This document shows positions 48,421 to 61,658 of a stretch of 64,000 nucleotides of DNA, in pieces. The position numbers were made by a program, and so were the translations under genes. The DNA lies in the NCBI GenBank assembly GCA_964234715.1, contig OZ174283.1; one strand, written 5' to 3'. The DNA is from Podarcis melisellensis. Taxonomy: Eukaryota. Position 1 is the first letter of the stretch. Every line of letters begins with the position of its first letter. Under the pieces are notes generated by a model. It was not told where the DNA came from. It saw nothing but the letters and a program-made list of their open reading frames with translations, and ran no database searches.

Positions 48421-49328
48421 CTTCTCTTCAGGCACCATTAAGCCTCTTTTCTTGTTCTTCTTAAGTCTCACTCAGCCTTTTCCTACAGACTGCCCCTCAA
48501 CTGTTGTGTGCCTGGTTTCCTCTTCCTCTTCCTCTTCTTCTTCTACTTCTTCTTCTCTTTATTTTTCTGGTTTCTTATACACTTCAGTCCAAACCCTTTT
48601 ACCCAATACAAATAGTATTACTGCCAACCCAGCATTCCATTGGTCTTTAACTATGGACCAATGGGTTCAAATGGAATGCCTAGTAAAGGACTTATCACAA
48701 CCTCATCTTTTTAATTCTACTGTTCTCTATAAAAGCTGGTCTCTGATGCCAACTGACACATATCACAGTACCTCACAAGACGCATAGTCAACCACTTAGT
48801 AACTGCTCCAGCCTTTTTCATAGCAGATCACCAACTGAAGAACATCTATCTAATGTGTTTCTTAGGCCTCAGGAGTAAATCTCCTATCTCCCCTGCCTCA
48901 TATTGTTGGCTAATTAGAAACCAAGCAGTTTTCATAACAGAACAACATCCACTTATGTAACTTTGGCATCATGATGTTATAGTTTCACACACTCCTCAAA
49001 AAGTAATGTGAGAATCGGCTCCAATTTAGCATTCAACTCCTAAGGCCCTTTCAGTGTTATCCTATCTTTATGGGAACAGCTTCCACATCGCTCAGATTAC
49101 ATTTAGATGACCCAACCATATGGATGTGGGTTGATTGTATTGACACTTTTCCCTCTATGAAGTGCCAGTTTCATGGTTGAAGCCAATTCAGTCAGCCCCC
49201 ACACATGGTTAGGGTTGTTGTTGTTTAATTACCTCAGAGGCATCCAGAACAGCTTCTGTGCTGCTAGCATACTATTTAATGGGAGTCTCTGAAAAATTCT
49301 GTTAAGATGGTCTAATCTGATGTTTGAA

Positions 49329-49461
49329 ATTTTAACATTCTTGCTCAAGAGTACGTCATGGAATCAAAACAGCAATCATTCCTGTACTCTGTGGGGAGCA
49401 GAGTACAGGAATGATTGCTGTTTTGATTCCATGACGTACTCTTGAGCAAGAATGTTAAAAT
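49329..49461. repeat. Perfect inverted repeat, 63-bp arms, 7-nt spacer
   Basis: 49329-49391 is the exact reverse complement of 49399-49461; spacer TGGGGAG. Confidence 0.97.
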
Positions 49462-51936
49462 ACTAAGATAAACAATAAATAAACAGGTTTCGTTATAGAA
49501 CTGTCAATAGTTCTTTATTTTATGTTTATGCCTATTCTGAAATTTGTATAGACACTCCAAGAACCAGAGAGTTTTCATTTCTCCCTTCCTGCATTCTTGT
49601 TGGTTAAATTAACAAGTTTAGGAGACATCCTATGTGCTGACCTGAAGAGAAAATCAGGTGGCCCATGATGCCTTAATTCTTTTTGATGTATGAGATGATA
49701 AAGAATGCACTGCTGACAATAGAAATCATTGTCTCCTGACAGAAAAGTCTCCCTGTAATTGAAACTTGACCTGAATCAGAGTGATTGGAAAAGAGGGAGG
49801 TAGTTCACTGTTACCAAATTGTCCCATAAATTTCTTGAATGGGTTGACCTTTATCTGTTTTGAAACTGTGTTACATTTCCCATTGCGCCACTGATTAAGC
49901 ATAAATTTATGCTCCAATTTCTGCGTAGCAAGGTTGGGAAACCAAATGCATCCAGCTGAAATTTGCCCAAGCTGGATCTCTACAGGAATGCAGAAACGGC
50001 ACAGAAAATGCCTGAACTGTTTAGTGGAATATATACAAATCACTAAAGTTAAAGACAAAGGTCTCTCCTTGGACCTGCAAAAATCTTTTTTATTCACATA
50101 AAGCAAAATTTCAGAATGCATTTGATGGTTCTTGTTCCGGTTGCTGGAAGAACAAGGGGAGAACATGATTTTAAAAACAAACAGAAAGATACAGAAATTT
50201 AAGATGAGGGCAGAAATGGAATGGAAGAGAATGATGGGTAAAAATATGTGAACGTGATGAAGACCGGAAATTCAGAGATTCATCCATTTCTATCTGTTGG
50301 TGTTTCTACTCAGCAGTTTAGTCCATCTTACGGAATATGTCAATGTAAAACTAGAGACCTATTTACTAACAGCCTCAAAGATTACATAGTAAGCCAAAAC
50401 TGGAACATAGGCAGCCTGCTTCATTTAAGAGATGGGTTTTCAGGATATTACCACTAAAAATAATTGGGTAATCTTAATGCATCTATATGAAGGCAGGCAA
50501 GAACAACAAATATTTATTTATTCATTTAGGGTTTTTTTATATTGCCTATCTGGCCCACAGGTCTTGCCGAAACAATTCACAAGTAAAAGCATAAAAACAA
50601 TTTTAAACTCCTACCTCCCCACACCTTTGGGAACCTATATTGGAGGGTACCTGCACCACAGAGTTCTCCTTTGGCTGGAAACTGATAAACCAGAAGGTTA
50701 TCATAGCCAGAAATTTGTTCATTTATTTTTCTTCATACAAAAATTTATATTCCACTTTCCCCTTCAAAAACCACTCACTTCAGAGCTGTTAGCAAAGCAT
50801 CAAAACACACAGAAAAATAAAAAGCATAATTCATCACTAAAACAGATTATTAATAACAAGGGCGAAAAGCAGCCTCAATTGACAAAAAGCACAAGAGACA
50901 GAGGTAATGATAAATAAATTAAGCAGCAGCATAACCAGAGGCATGCAACTCAATGGCACATGCAAAATGGCTGCAGCAGGAGTTCTTAAAGGAGGAGCAG
51001 ATTCACAGGGGAAGAGGCAGTCCTTCAAGTATCTTATCAAATCTCATCAAGTATCATAGGGTGTTGCTGAAATTTGAAAGACCAAAGTCTGCTGCTGGGC
51101 AAAGGATTTATGCATTGCTGGGGGTTGGTCTAGATGACTCTCACGGTCCCTTCTAGCTCTACCGTTCTATGATCAATCCTCCTTTGCACTGAAGTCGACT
51201 ACCTAATCTAGTCACCCCATGCCTTGGAGGTGCACGGTGATCAGAGATGAAACCACTTTCCTTACGATGCCTTTTAGAAGCTAAACATTGTGAACTGTGT
51301 GCATTAATGAGGAGGAATCTTTGCGTTTATGTTCCTCTGAATAATTGGCTGTAAATTAAGAGCAGATAGCTTAACCGATCCCTTACATAATTTAAAGAAC
51401 AGAAAATAGTCCCCCTTTTATAGCTTTGTTCAGAGTGATTAATGGTTTGTTTCAAAGTTTATAGAGTTTTCAGAGCTCTCTAAAAATATGAATAATTGAT
51501 GCATAAAATTATGACTATTTTTTTCCAGATAAAATTGTTTTTACTAGAAATTTCCATATGGGGGTGGGTAAAGCAATACATTTTTCGGGTTACATGCATT
51601 TTCTAAAACACATTTCTGCATAACACAATCTGTTTCAAGAGATTTACCTGGAATATGTCATTTTTGCCCAGCCTTCCATAACCCTGTGACAGATGATACA
51701 TCCAAACCTATTACAGTGATCTGTTGAGCTCTCCCCTTTCTATAAGAGCAAAATATTATTACCTGGTGCATTTAAAATAATGTTTGGTTTGGTTCCGGTC
51801 TAGCCTCTTTTCAAAATCAAGAGAAATGGCTTCTTTAGAGGAGGTGATTTTTCCAGCAGGAAAATGGTGCCAGAGGAAAAAGTTTACTCACTGCTGTCAT
51901 CACATTCTGGATTGGGGCTCTCATAGGTGACTTGTA

Positions 51937-52177
51937 CAGTGGTACCTCGAGTTACATACGCTTCAGGTTGCATACGCTTCAGGTTACACACTCTGCTGAC
52001 CCAAAAATAGTGCTTCAAGTTAAGAACTTTGCTTCAGGATAAGAACAAAATTGTGCGGTGGCAGCGCGGCAGCAGCAGGAGGCCCCATTAGCTAAAGTGG
52101 TGCTTCAGGTTAAGAACAGTTTCAGGTTAAGAACGGACCTCTGGAACGAATTAAGTACTTAGCCCGATGTACCACAG
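51937..52177 (-). mobile_element. pogo/Tigger-type MITE, family A (reverse)
   Basis: TA-CAGTGGTACCTCGAGTTAC ... GATGTACCACAG-TA. Confidence 0.9.
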
Positions 52178-52719
52178 TATAAGCAAAGAGAAATGGCCAG
52201 CCTAAATAGGTGTTTGACTCATGCTTAAAATCACTTGCAGTTTTAACTTCAAGTTTAGGAATTTAGTGTCCTGCATATTTGAAAAAGAAAATAAATGAAG
52301 GCTGGGAGTGATAGGGAGTGAAAAGAAAAGGAAGACATTGATATAATATTTTGAAAAAGGTCCCAGGTTCAGTAAAGTCCTCTGTCTGAGAACTATGGGT
52401 GATATGGTTATCAGATGCTACTAACCATGATGACATGACAATGTTCTACCTCAATCGTCAGAGGCAATATCCTTCTGAATACCAGCTGCTGGAAACTACA
52501 GGAAAGGAGAGTGTTGCTGTGCTCAAGCCCTGCTTGCAAACTTCCCTTGGGCATCTAGTTGACCACTGTGAGAGCAGGATGCAGGACTAGATGGGCCATT
52601 AAGCAAACCCAGCAGAGCTATTCTTAACCAGGACAAGGTGCTGCCAGTGAGAGTAGAGAATATGGGGTTAGATGGACAAATAATCTGATTTGGTATAAAC
52701 TGGTTTCCTATGCTTCCTA

Positions 52720-53071
52720 GGGATGCAGGTGGCACTGTGGGTTAAACCACAGAGCCTAGGACTTGCTGATCAGAAGGTCAGCGGTTCAAATCCCCGCGAT
52801 GGGGTGAGCTCCCGTTGCTCAGTCCCTGCTCCTGCCAACCTAGCATTTTGAAAGCACATCAAAGTGCAAGTAGATAAATAGGTACCGCTCCGGCGGGAAG
52901 GTAAACGGCATTTCTGTGCGCTGCTCTGGTTCACCATAAGCCGCTTAGTCATGCTGGCCACATGACCCGGAAGCTGCACGCCAGCTCCCTTCGCCAGTAA
53001 AGCGAGATGAGAGCTGCAACCCCAGAGTTGGCCACAACTGGACCTAATGGTCAGGGGTCCCTTTACCTTTA
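52720..53071 (+). mobile_element. Sauria SINE, full length, inserted at the tail of an older SINE
   Basis: GGGATGCAGGTGGCACTG ... CCTTTACCTTTA; TSD cctatgct(t)cctag. Confidence 0.93.
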
Positions 53072-55654
53072 CCTATGCTCCTAGAAGTCATACACTGGCT
53101 AGTTGAGGAAGTTGTTCCAGGCATTAGAGCAGGGATAAAGACATTCATGCCAAGGGACTGAATGAGTCCCCCATTCTATCCAGCCCTCAAGACCTTCACC
53201 AGACCAAGCCCCCACTGTGAAGGGAAGAAGATGGTTGGATCCAACCCATGTTCTATGCTATTGTCCTTGGAAAACCCCATTACCCACAACTCCCAGAATG
53301 ACGATATGAGACACACTTGGAGATAAGGTCACCACTTTCCTGAAAATCAAGGACCTGCAACATTAACTAAATTGAGACCTGCATGCATCCCTAACTAAAA
53401 GGGGCTGGGAGTTCCTCCTCCCCTTTTGTTGTAGGTGACACCACTCCTGCTCCATGCTGATCAACTGATCTGGGCCTTTCCTCATCCATTCTCATTTAAG
53501 GTGAAGTGAGAGAAAACTCCTGAGAGGTGCATGTCTAGAATCCAGAGGGATGAATCTCATAGGGCCCCAGGTGCTCAGCAGAGACACCTTATGAGGCTGT
53601 CTTGTGGTCACCACATTGTCACAGCAACATACATATGTGTGAACTCTTTGGTTTCATTTTGTCCATTTGGTCTGGACAAAGGCACCCCCACCTCAATGTG
53701 GAGGAGTGGCATTGTCTATAGTGGAGCTGCTCAGGATAAATGGTTTGCAAAATGCAGCCACAGTTCCATCTTTGAGGATTTCTCTTGATTTCTTAAAGCA
53801 TGTACTTATTTAGCCTCCTAATGGAAGAGAGAGCACAACAGTAAACTACACAAATGGTTTCACTTAGTTTTAATGGAAAACACTGAAATTTTCAGAGACA
53901 GGCTACTGGTTGAGGATGAATGTTCTAATTCGGCCAACCCTAATTAGCTCAATTTGTGATTCTGCTGCAGAAGGTTGAATTGCTCTCTTATAGACACACA
54001 TTGCATGCAGTGTAAGCAGCTCAAGTCTTCTCTTCCTAAAATCCGCCAGCAGTGCACAAATGGGAAAGAAAGTAAGAAAAGTACAAAGTTATTATTAATA
54101 AGCAGCCATTAGGCCACAGAACACTCAAGTGTACATCCTGTATTTATTGCTACACTATCATTTTAAAATCTTACCAATTAGATCTAGGAGGTCATAGGAA
54201 GACTCAAAGTGCATTTGCAGAGGTAATTGTAGCGAGCACAATCCAATTATGTTTAAATGCTTCCGTGATGTTATTATTCTTTGTGGAGCTTCTGTGGCGT
54301 AAGTGTCATTGAGTAGACGGTGTAGATCCTACTTCCCTTGTTCTTCATTCTGTTAAAGCAAGAAATGTGACCCAGCTGCCTTTTTGTCCAGAGAATTAAC
54401 TTGCCCTGATGGAAAAACATTTTTGGATGAAGGTCAAATGTCGTAAGTGAGAAGTGTTAGCCCAAGAAAATCTGATTATAACCGACTGCTTATTCTGACA
54501 TAGAGCTCAAACATGAGCAATGCAAGATACACGAACTATGAATGGATATAGTCCTTGGGACACAGATTAGAGCTCCCATATAAGGCTAGGGCTGCATTGA
54601 GAATGACATTGGTGTTTTGCCACACAGCCACCTACTGCAGGAAGCTGCACCTATTCAGAAGTTCCTTGTGCCACAGTCTTCCCCAAGCTAGTGCCCTCCA
54701 CATTCATTGAACTACAACACCAATGGGTGAAATTTATGCTATCCTTAATTTTGGAAGAATCCCACCCATTTATACCTGTGGCTCTCCATCTTCACATCCC
54801 CAATCCCCATGGTAATGGCTCCTATATAATAATGGATAAGACAAAGGAAGCAAAATTGGCTGGAATCTTGAACACAACTTGATTCAATCCTATTAGAACC
54901 CACAGGGTTCTAGCAGCCTAATAGTTTGCAGAGCTGTGGCCTTCTTCCTCCAACTCAAAGACTGACTGTGCTTGTTCTGTAGGTTTCCCACTTCTGATTT
55001 TCCATTGGCACCTTCACATGATGGTTGGAATTTTACAAACCAATCTTTAAAATATTATTGGAGAAGCTGTTTCGCAGGAGAAAGGTTATTTGGTGCTTCT
55101 GGGCAAATTCCAGTAATCAGTTGTAATAAGGCTTTGTACACGATGGGGGGAAAGTTAACGAGGTCTGCAGTTCATTTGGTATTAAGTTACTTGGCATCCT
55201 GCAGATTAATATTGACAAACTAAAACGTGGCATCTAAAACTACAACAAAAGGCAGTTCAACTACAAATATTCCATCACAACTTTACTTTTCACATATTGT
55301 CAAAGATTTATAGACATACAGAAACTTCTTTCCAGTTGTTCTCCTTAGGGTAGGAGTGGGCAGGAGGTATACGAGAATTACTAGTAGATCTTTGTGTGAT
55401 TTGCAGTTTCCGACTCTCAGGTTTGTTTGTTTTTAAAAATAGCAACAAAATGGCATTTTCCCACCTAAATTAGACTGCTAATTTAGTGTGAAGGAGTTGT
55501 GAGCTCAATGCAGTTCTGGTGCTGTCCCAAAAACAAATTCCTAAACACAGAATGTTCTCAGAGGCACCCGGTTCTTTAATTCTATCTGCCTTTTGCTCTG
55601 GTTCTTGGAGTTATAGAAAAGAATGAAGAACATAGGGCAAACCTGAAGTCTATA

Positions 55655-55882
55655 CAGTGCTACCTCAGGTTACAGACACTTCAGGTTACAGACTCCGCTA
55701 ACGCAGAAATAGTACCTCAGGTTAAGAACTTTGCTTCAGGATGAGAACAGAAATCGTGCTCCGGTGGCGGCGCAGTGGCAGCAGGAAGCCCCATTAGCTA
55801 AAGTGGTACTTCAGGTTAAGAACAGTTTCAGGTTAAGAACAGACCTCCAGAACATTTAAGTGCTTAACTCGAGGTACCACTG
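55655..55882 (-). mobile_element. pogo/Tigger-type MITE, family A (reverse)
   Basis: TA-CAGTGCTACCTCAGGTTAC ... GAGGTACCACTG-TA. Confidence 0.9.
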
Positions 55883-56299
55883 TACACCCCTGGCTTAGGA
55901 TGTAGATCACTGATTCTTAACATAGTAGGACTTATGGGACTTAGAGTATAGAGCAGTGACTCAATAAGTGTAGTTAAGTGAAGGGACTCCTGAGCTTAGC
56001 TCAGTGTTTTGGAGGGGGTTTTTTTATTGGGAGGGGGTTTAGCCTTATTATGAGGGTGTTCCAGCAGGTGGTGCAGATGTCCTTGTAACTCCTTAGAGAA
56101 TTCAATGCAACCCACAGATTTCGGGGTCAGAAGGAGAGCTCTGTGATGATGCCTTACAACAGGAGAATGCAGTATCTGTTAAAAGGCCATCATATGAAAA
56201 CATCTCAGCAGAAAGCAGGAGGAGGAGGAGGACAGGAGCGACAGAAGGGGATCTCGGAAGAACAAAAGAAAAGATGGTTTGGATGGCAAGGAGCAACAT

Positions 56300-57191
56300 G
56301 TGGTTGTTTTTGTTGTTTAGTCGTTTAGTTGTGTCCGACTCTTCATAACCCCATGGACCAGAGCATGCCAGACACTCCACTCCTGTCTTCCACTGCCTCC
56401 CGCAGTTTAGTCAAACTCATGCTGGTAGCTTCGAGAACACTATCCAACCATCTCGTCCTCTGTCGTCCCCTTCTCCTTGTGCCCTTCTCCTTGGGCCCTC
56501 CATCTTTCCCAACATCAGGGTCTTTTCCAGGGAGTCTTCTCATGAGGTGGCCAAAGTATTGGAGTCTCAGCTTCAAGATCTGTCCTTCCAGTGAGCACTC
56601 AGGGCTGATTTTCTTGCAGTCCATGGGATCTTCTTGCAGTCCATGGGACTCTCAAGAGTCTCCTCCAGCACCATAATTCAAAAGCATCAACTCTTCGGCG
56701 ATCAGCCTTCTTTATGGTCCATCTTTCACTTCCATATATCACTACTGGGAAAACCATAGCTTTAACTATATGGACCTTTGTTGCAAGGTGATGTGTCTAC
56801 TTTTTAAGATGCTGTCTAGGTTTGTCATTGCTTTTCTCCCAAGAAGCAGGCGTCTTTTAATTTCTTGGCTGCTGTCACCATCTGCAGTGATCATGGAGCC
56901 CAAGAAAGCAAAATCTCTCACTGCCTCCATTTCTTCCCCTTCTATTTGCCAGGAGGTGATGGGACCAGTGGCCATGAATTTTCGTTTTTTTGATGCTGAG
57001 GTTCAAACCATATTTTGCGCTCTCCTCTTTCACCCTCATTAAAAGGTTCTTTAATTCCTCCTCACTTTCTGCCATCAATGTTGTGTCATACGCATATCTG
57101 AGGTTGTTGATATTTCTTCCGGCAATCTTAATTCCGGCTAGGGATTCATCCAGCCCAGCCTTTCGCATAATGAATTCTGCATATAAGCCAA
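56300..57191 (-). mobile_element. Bov-B (RTE) LINE, 5'-truncated with internal deletion
   Basis: GIKIAGRNINNLRYAYDTTLMAESEEELKNLLMRVKEES, FLGSMITADGDSSQEIKRRLLLGR; (AAC)n tail; 12-bp TSD AAGGAGCAACAT (56288-56299 / 57192-57203). Confidence 0.95.
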
Positions 57192-57370
57192 AAGGAGCAA
57201 CATACTAGGGAAAAAGATGGATCCCTCTATCATGATGTCCATAAGCAGCCTCTCTCTTCCTTTCCCTCCTTGACTTGCCACTGGGGTGGTTAGCCCTAAC
57301 ATTTCAGCCTTTTCCTTCCTCTCACGCTGTGCCATAAGTCACTGTGGCAACACTTGCCCATAGACTAGCT

Positions 57371-57506
57371 CAGGCATAGGCAAACTCGGCTCTCCAGATG
57401 TTCTGGGCCTACAACTCCCATCATCCCTAGCTAACAGGATCAGTGGTCAGGGGTGGTGGTAACTGTAGTCTCAAAACATCTGGAGGGCCAAGTTTGCCTC
57501 TGCCCG
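57371..57506. mobile_element. hAT-type MITE
   Basis: CAGGCATAGGCAAACT / AGTTTGCCTCTGCCCG TIRs; perfect 8-bp TSD GACTAGCT. Confidence 0.88.
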
Positions 57507-59709
57507 GACTAGCTCTTTTGTATTTCCATTTTCTATTACTCCTTCCCCATTCTTTCTCTCTGCCTGCTTGGAACCCCCTCTAAATGTGCCACCACCACAC
57601 CTTTATCTGTTGGCTTGGGTGAACTTCTCTCCTTTTCTCATGGGGATGCCCTGTCCACCATCTTTTGGTCTTCTTGACTCACTTCTGCAGCTGACCGTGA
57701 AGCTGACAGCATGAGCTGGGAGCTTCTGCACCAGTCGCTTTGACAGGGAGGTTTATACAGATTGAGCTCTGATGGACAGGGGAAGGAAATGAGGAGTGGT
57801 GTGCTAAGTGAGGGAATCCATCAAGAGACCCCTAAACATGGAGAACTCCCTGAGACTTGCACATTTAAATACACTCAGCAGCTCACTTAAATCAGGTCTT
57901 CGAGTTGTATGAAGCCTCCCTGAGGAATTTCTTGCTATTCACACCAAAATTCTACAGCTGTTTCACCTCAGAAGGACCCTCCAAATCCATTTTCAGTTTC
58001 ACTTCAGGCAAGATCCAGTGGCAGCTCTAATATATGAACCTAATTTAAGCAGAAGACATTTTATGCTTAATAGAAATCTCTTTCCTCGTGCCTTCTTTGA
58101 ACACTGAGAGATGTTTTCACTGCGTAGCTTCAAAAGAACAACTTGCAGCTTTTTCTGCACCAAAATGTGCGACACTGCTCTGTACCAAAGGAACGAGGCT
58201 TTCGTGAATCATTTTGCTGGACATTTAAGAGAACTGGAGATTTACAATCCCATCTCTTCAACCACATCACTGGCAGTTAAACACTTCAGCTACAAAAGGG
58301 CAGCAGCACAGCACAGCCTGTCGAATATATTACCACTGTGGAACACATGCTGGTAAAGAAAAGAAAAAAAACACACAAAAATAACCTAAATTATCTGCAA
58401 ACTCAAGGCCATGAGAGCTAGCTAGAATAAAACAAAAGCATAACATTGCCACACTTGAATTCTTAACACTGAAACCAGCAAATTACTGTAAAAGATGAAC
58501 CCCAATGTTATGGAACTGAGTGCAAAACCATCCTGCAATTGCCCATTCATTTCAAAGGAAGGCCAACATCATGCATGGCAGCAGTCTTTCCATGTACCTC
58601 CTGCAGATTATATGTACCAGTCAAACTCTTTCTGCAGGAGGTATATGGGCAGTTGCAAGGGTTCCTTGATGAGAAGATCAGTGACTGCAACCAAGCCTTC
58701 CAGAAAACCAACATGTCCACCATCATTGATCTTCCCTCACAATCCATAGCTTCAGAGAAGTATCGGGCATTTCCTATGACATGTTCTCAGTTTGTGCATA
58801 GCAATGCTAAGGTCCAAAAACAAGCCTGGCTATTACCCTACCCAAATTAAGAGTGCATCACAGAAGGTCCTCCAAAATCCTCTGCAGCACCAGAGTGAAC
58901 CAAAACAGAACCATCCTTTGAAATTCACACTGTTCCAAATTTTGCAAAATTTAAAAGCATTTCATAGGAATTGGAGATAAAAAATCTCTTAATTAAAAGC
59001 AACTTATCTAGGAAGCACCACTTCTTCAGCACTGCTTAAGTAACATATGCGTTACATATGTCTAGTACAGAGCGTGTTTGCTTTTTTCTCTGTTATAAAC
59101 AGTTGCCTATTATGAGCTCATCTAAACCAGCTAAGAGATCTGTCAGGTTTCCTTCCCAGTATTAATCAGCAGCAGCACTAGCTCTGCCTGTCATTCACAG
59201 TCTCCTCTGATGCTTTCTGACACCTTCTAGCATATTTTCATTTTGTAGAAGGACACAAAGAGTAAAGGGTTCTCAAAAAGAGCTCTCCACCCGCCTCCCC
59301 CAAATAATGTTTGTATGGATATTAATTACTTAGTTGTTGGGTAGGGCAGCCAATCACACCTCTTCGAAAGAGTGATATTTCCAAACACTTACTCATAAAC
59401 TTGTTGTAGGTTTTGGAGTTTGGACGAGACACAGTTAACACGGCAAGAAGGACTGCTTAAATTGGCTGAATCTGTTGGCCAGGCTCTGTCCAGGCATATC
59501 CTTTTATTAGGTAAACAAGTGGTCTATTTCCATAAGAACTAAAGGTTAGGCAATTGCTTCTTGATAAGGGACCATTTTGAGAATTATTTATTTATTGTGG
59601 TTTTTGAATTATTGAGATACATGAACAAACAAAAGAAAACAATGCGACCAACTACTAACATACATACAGCAATAGATACAAGTAATCTTTTCTCTGTGTC
59701 TTATGTGTG

Positions 59710-60143
59710 TGTCAGGGAACTGCCATCAGAGCCAGAGGCGGAGGGAAGGCTCCAGAGGGATGCCGGAGAGGGTCCCAGTAGGGAGAGAGGCAGCCCATCT
59801 GCTGGGGAAGGAAATCAGCGTAGCACCAGTGGAGAAGGGGGGCAGATGGGGGAATTGGCAAGGGGGCTCCAGGACTCCTCGCCGGAGACCAGCGGGGAGA
59901 ACACGGGTCCTCCGCTGCCCACACCCTCCCTGCACAGAAGACTTCCGCGCAGGGAGAGTAGAAGGAGACTAGGCATCAAAGAACTTCTTTGCTGGAAGAA
60001 GTTCAAGAAATGCCCACTGACGGATTCTGCCAGAGATTGAGACAGCCACGGATGGGTGGCTGCCCGGACAGAAAGGGTTCACCCAGGTAACCCAGCCAGG
60101 TGTGGCGACAACTTATGCACGAGCAACCCCTAGAACCATTACA
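59710..60143 (+). mobile_element. GC-rich solo LTR
   Basis: TGTCA...TTACA termini, 5-bp TSD GTGTG (59705-59709 / 60144-60148), sharp GC island in AT-rich flank. Confidence 0.8.
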
Positions 60144-60334
60144 GTGTGGAACAGTTCATGGAAGGAGAAGAAGTTGGTGTGGTCCGAGGTGTGATTAGCA
60201 AAGTGGCTAGATGTAGCAGCAGATCATCCCTGCTCAAAGCTAAGGGTGATGGGTAATCTAGATGGCCTTGTGCGAAGAAAGGTTGCAGTTTCAGTGAGAC
60301 TGACTGCATGGTTACTGAAAAGTAAGTCCAATTA

Positions 60335-60567
60335 CAGTGGTTACAGATGCTTCATGTTACAGATGCTTCAGATTACAGACTCCGCTAACCCAGAAATAGT
60401 ACCTCGGGTTAAGAACTTTGCTTCAGGATGAGAACAGAAATCATGTGGTGGCATCGCAGCAGCAGCGGGAGGCCCCATTAGCTAAAGTGGTACCTCAGGT
60501 TAAGAACAGTTTCAGGTTAAGAACGGACCTCCAGAATGAATTAAGTTCTTAACCCAAGGTACCATTG
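60335..60567 (-). mobile_element. pogo/Tigger-type MITE, family A (reverse; one TIR shortened)
   Basis: TA-CAGTGGTTACAG ... AAGGTACCATTG-TA. Confidence 0.88.
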
Positions 60568-61627
60568 TACATTAAACAGGCTTACACTCAGATATATAAG
60601 GATTAGGATCCAAGAGAAACACAGAGGGTACTTCCACACTAAGTGTTGTGATATGAAATCCCTACTCTTTTCTCCAGAAATAGTGAAAATTGACATGATG
60701 GGAGATAGCAGATGTACCTGCTGAAGCATGGAATGTTATGTAGCCTACAATGGGAGAACAATAACTGGGAAGTGCTAAAATCCCTGGAAGAACCTAGAGA
60801 CAGAGGGCTGAACTTGCACACAAAGGTATTTGGATATGATTATACAATTGCACAAGAAAGCTTTTGTTTTGTTTTGTTTTTGCATTGTGATTGAATCAAT
60901 GGACATGTAAGCTGAAATGCATTGGCAACCTGCAAGAAAAACAATATATGAATGGAAAAAGGAAGACTAATGTGCACCATGTTCAACTAGAAGGCAGGCA
61001 GCATGGAACATGAGTGCTCCCACAAAACAATAAGAGGGGGCATTGTTCTACAGGGGAGAGCCACTCATCCTTTAAATGATACGTTTGTCATAAAATGTCA
61101 GAGTCCACTGTTAAAAAGAGTCTTTAATGGGCTACTGTCAACCATTGTTACAATACAGCAGCCGAAAAATAGCAGTTTTAAGAGAGAGGCATGAAATACA
61201 TCATCAAAATATCATTTCATATACGTACTATAGCGTAGCAGAGTCCAAGAGACTGTTCCCTGAAAAGCTTCCCGAAAAAGAGTCCTTAAAATGAAAAACT
61301 ACCTACTTCTTCTTGGCAATCCTGCAAAGCAGTTCATGTTAACCGTAAAAATATGTTCACTATCGCCATATATATTTAGTTCTGCTTGTTAGACAGGGCC
61401 CTTAGCTAATGTTTATATCAAATCCACATTTCCAAATTGCAGAATGGGTGTCCCCATTGTTTCATTTTTGTGATAATAAGTACTAGCTAGAGGATTTAAT
61501 GCATCAAATCATTACAATTCATTAAGATGTCATTAAGCAGTTTCTTGTTTGAGTGCTAATTATACTAAATATTAATTTAAGTCAATTGGGTCTATTTGCA
61601 AAAGGGAAACGATGGAAGATGTTCAGA

Positions 61628-61630
<3 letters not shown>

Positions 61631-61658
<28 letters not shown>
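61631..61658. repeat. (GT)n microsatellite
   Basis: Seen directly. Confidence 0.95.

Noticed and set aside
53216-53684. Possible solo LTR (TGTGAAGG...GGCA between cccccac repeats)
   Set aside because: Flanking repeat is low-complexity and of atypical length; TATA and poly(A) signals unconvincing
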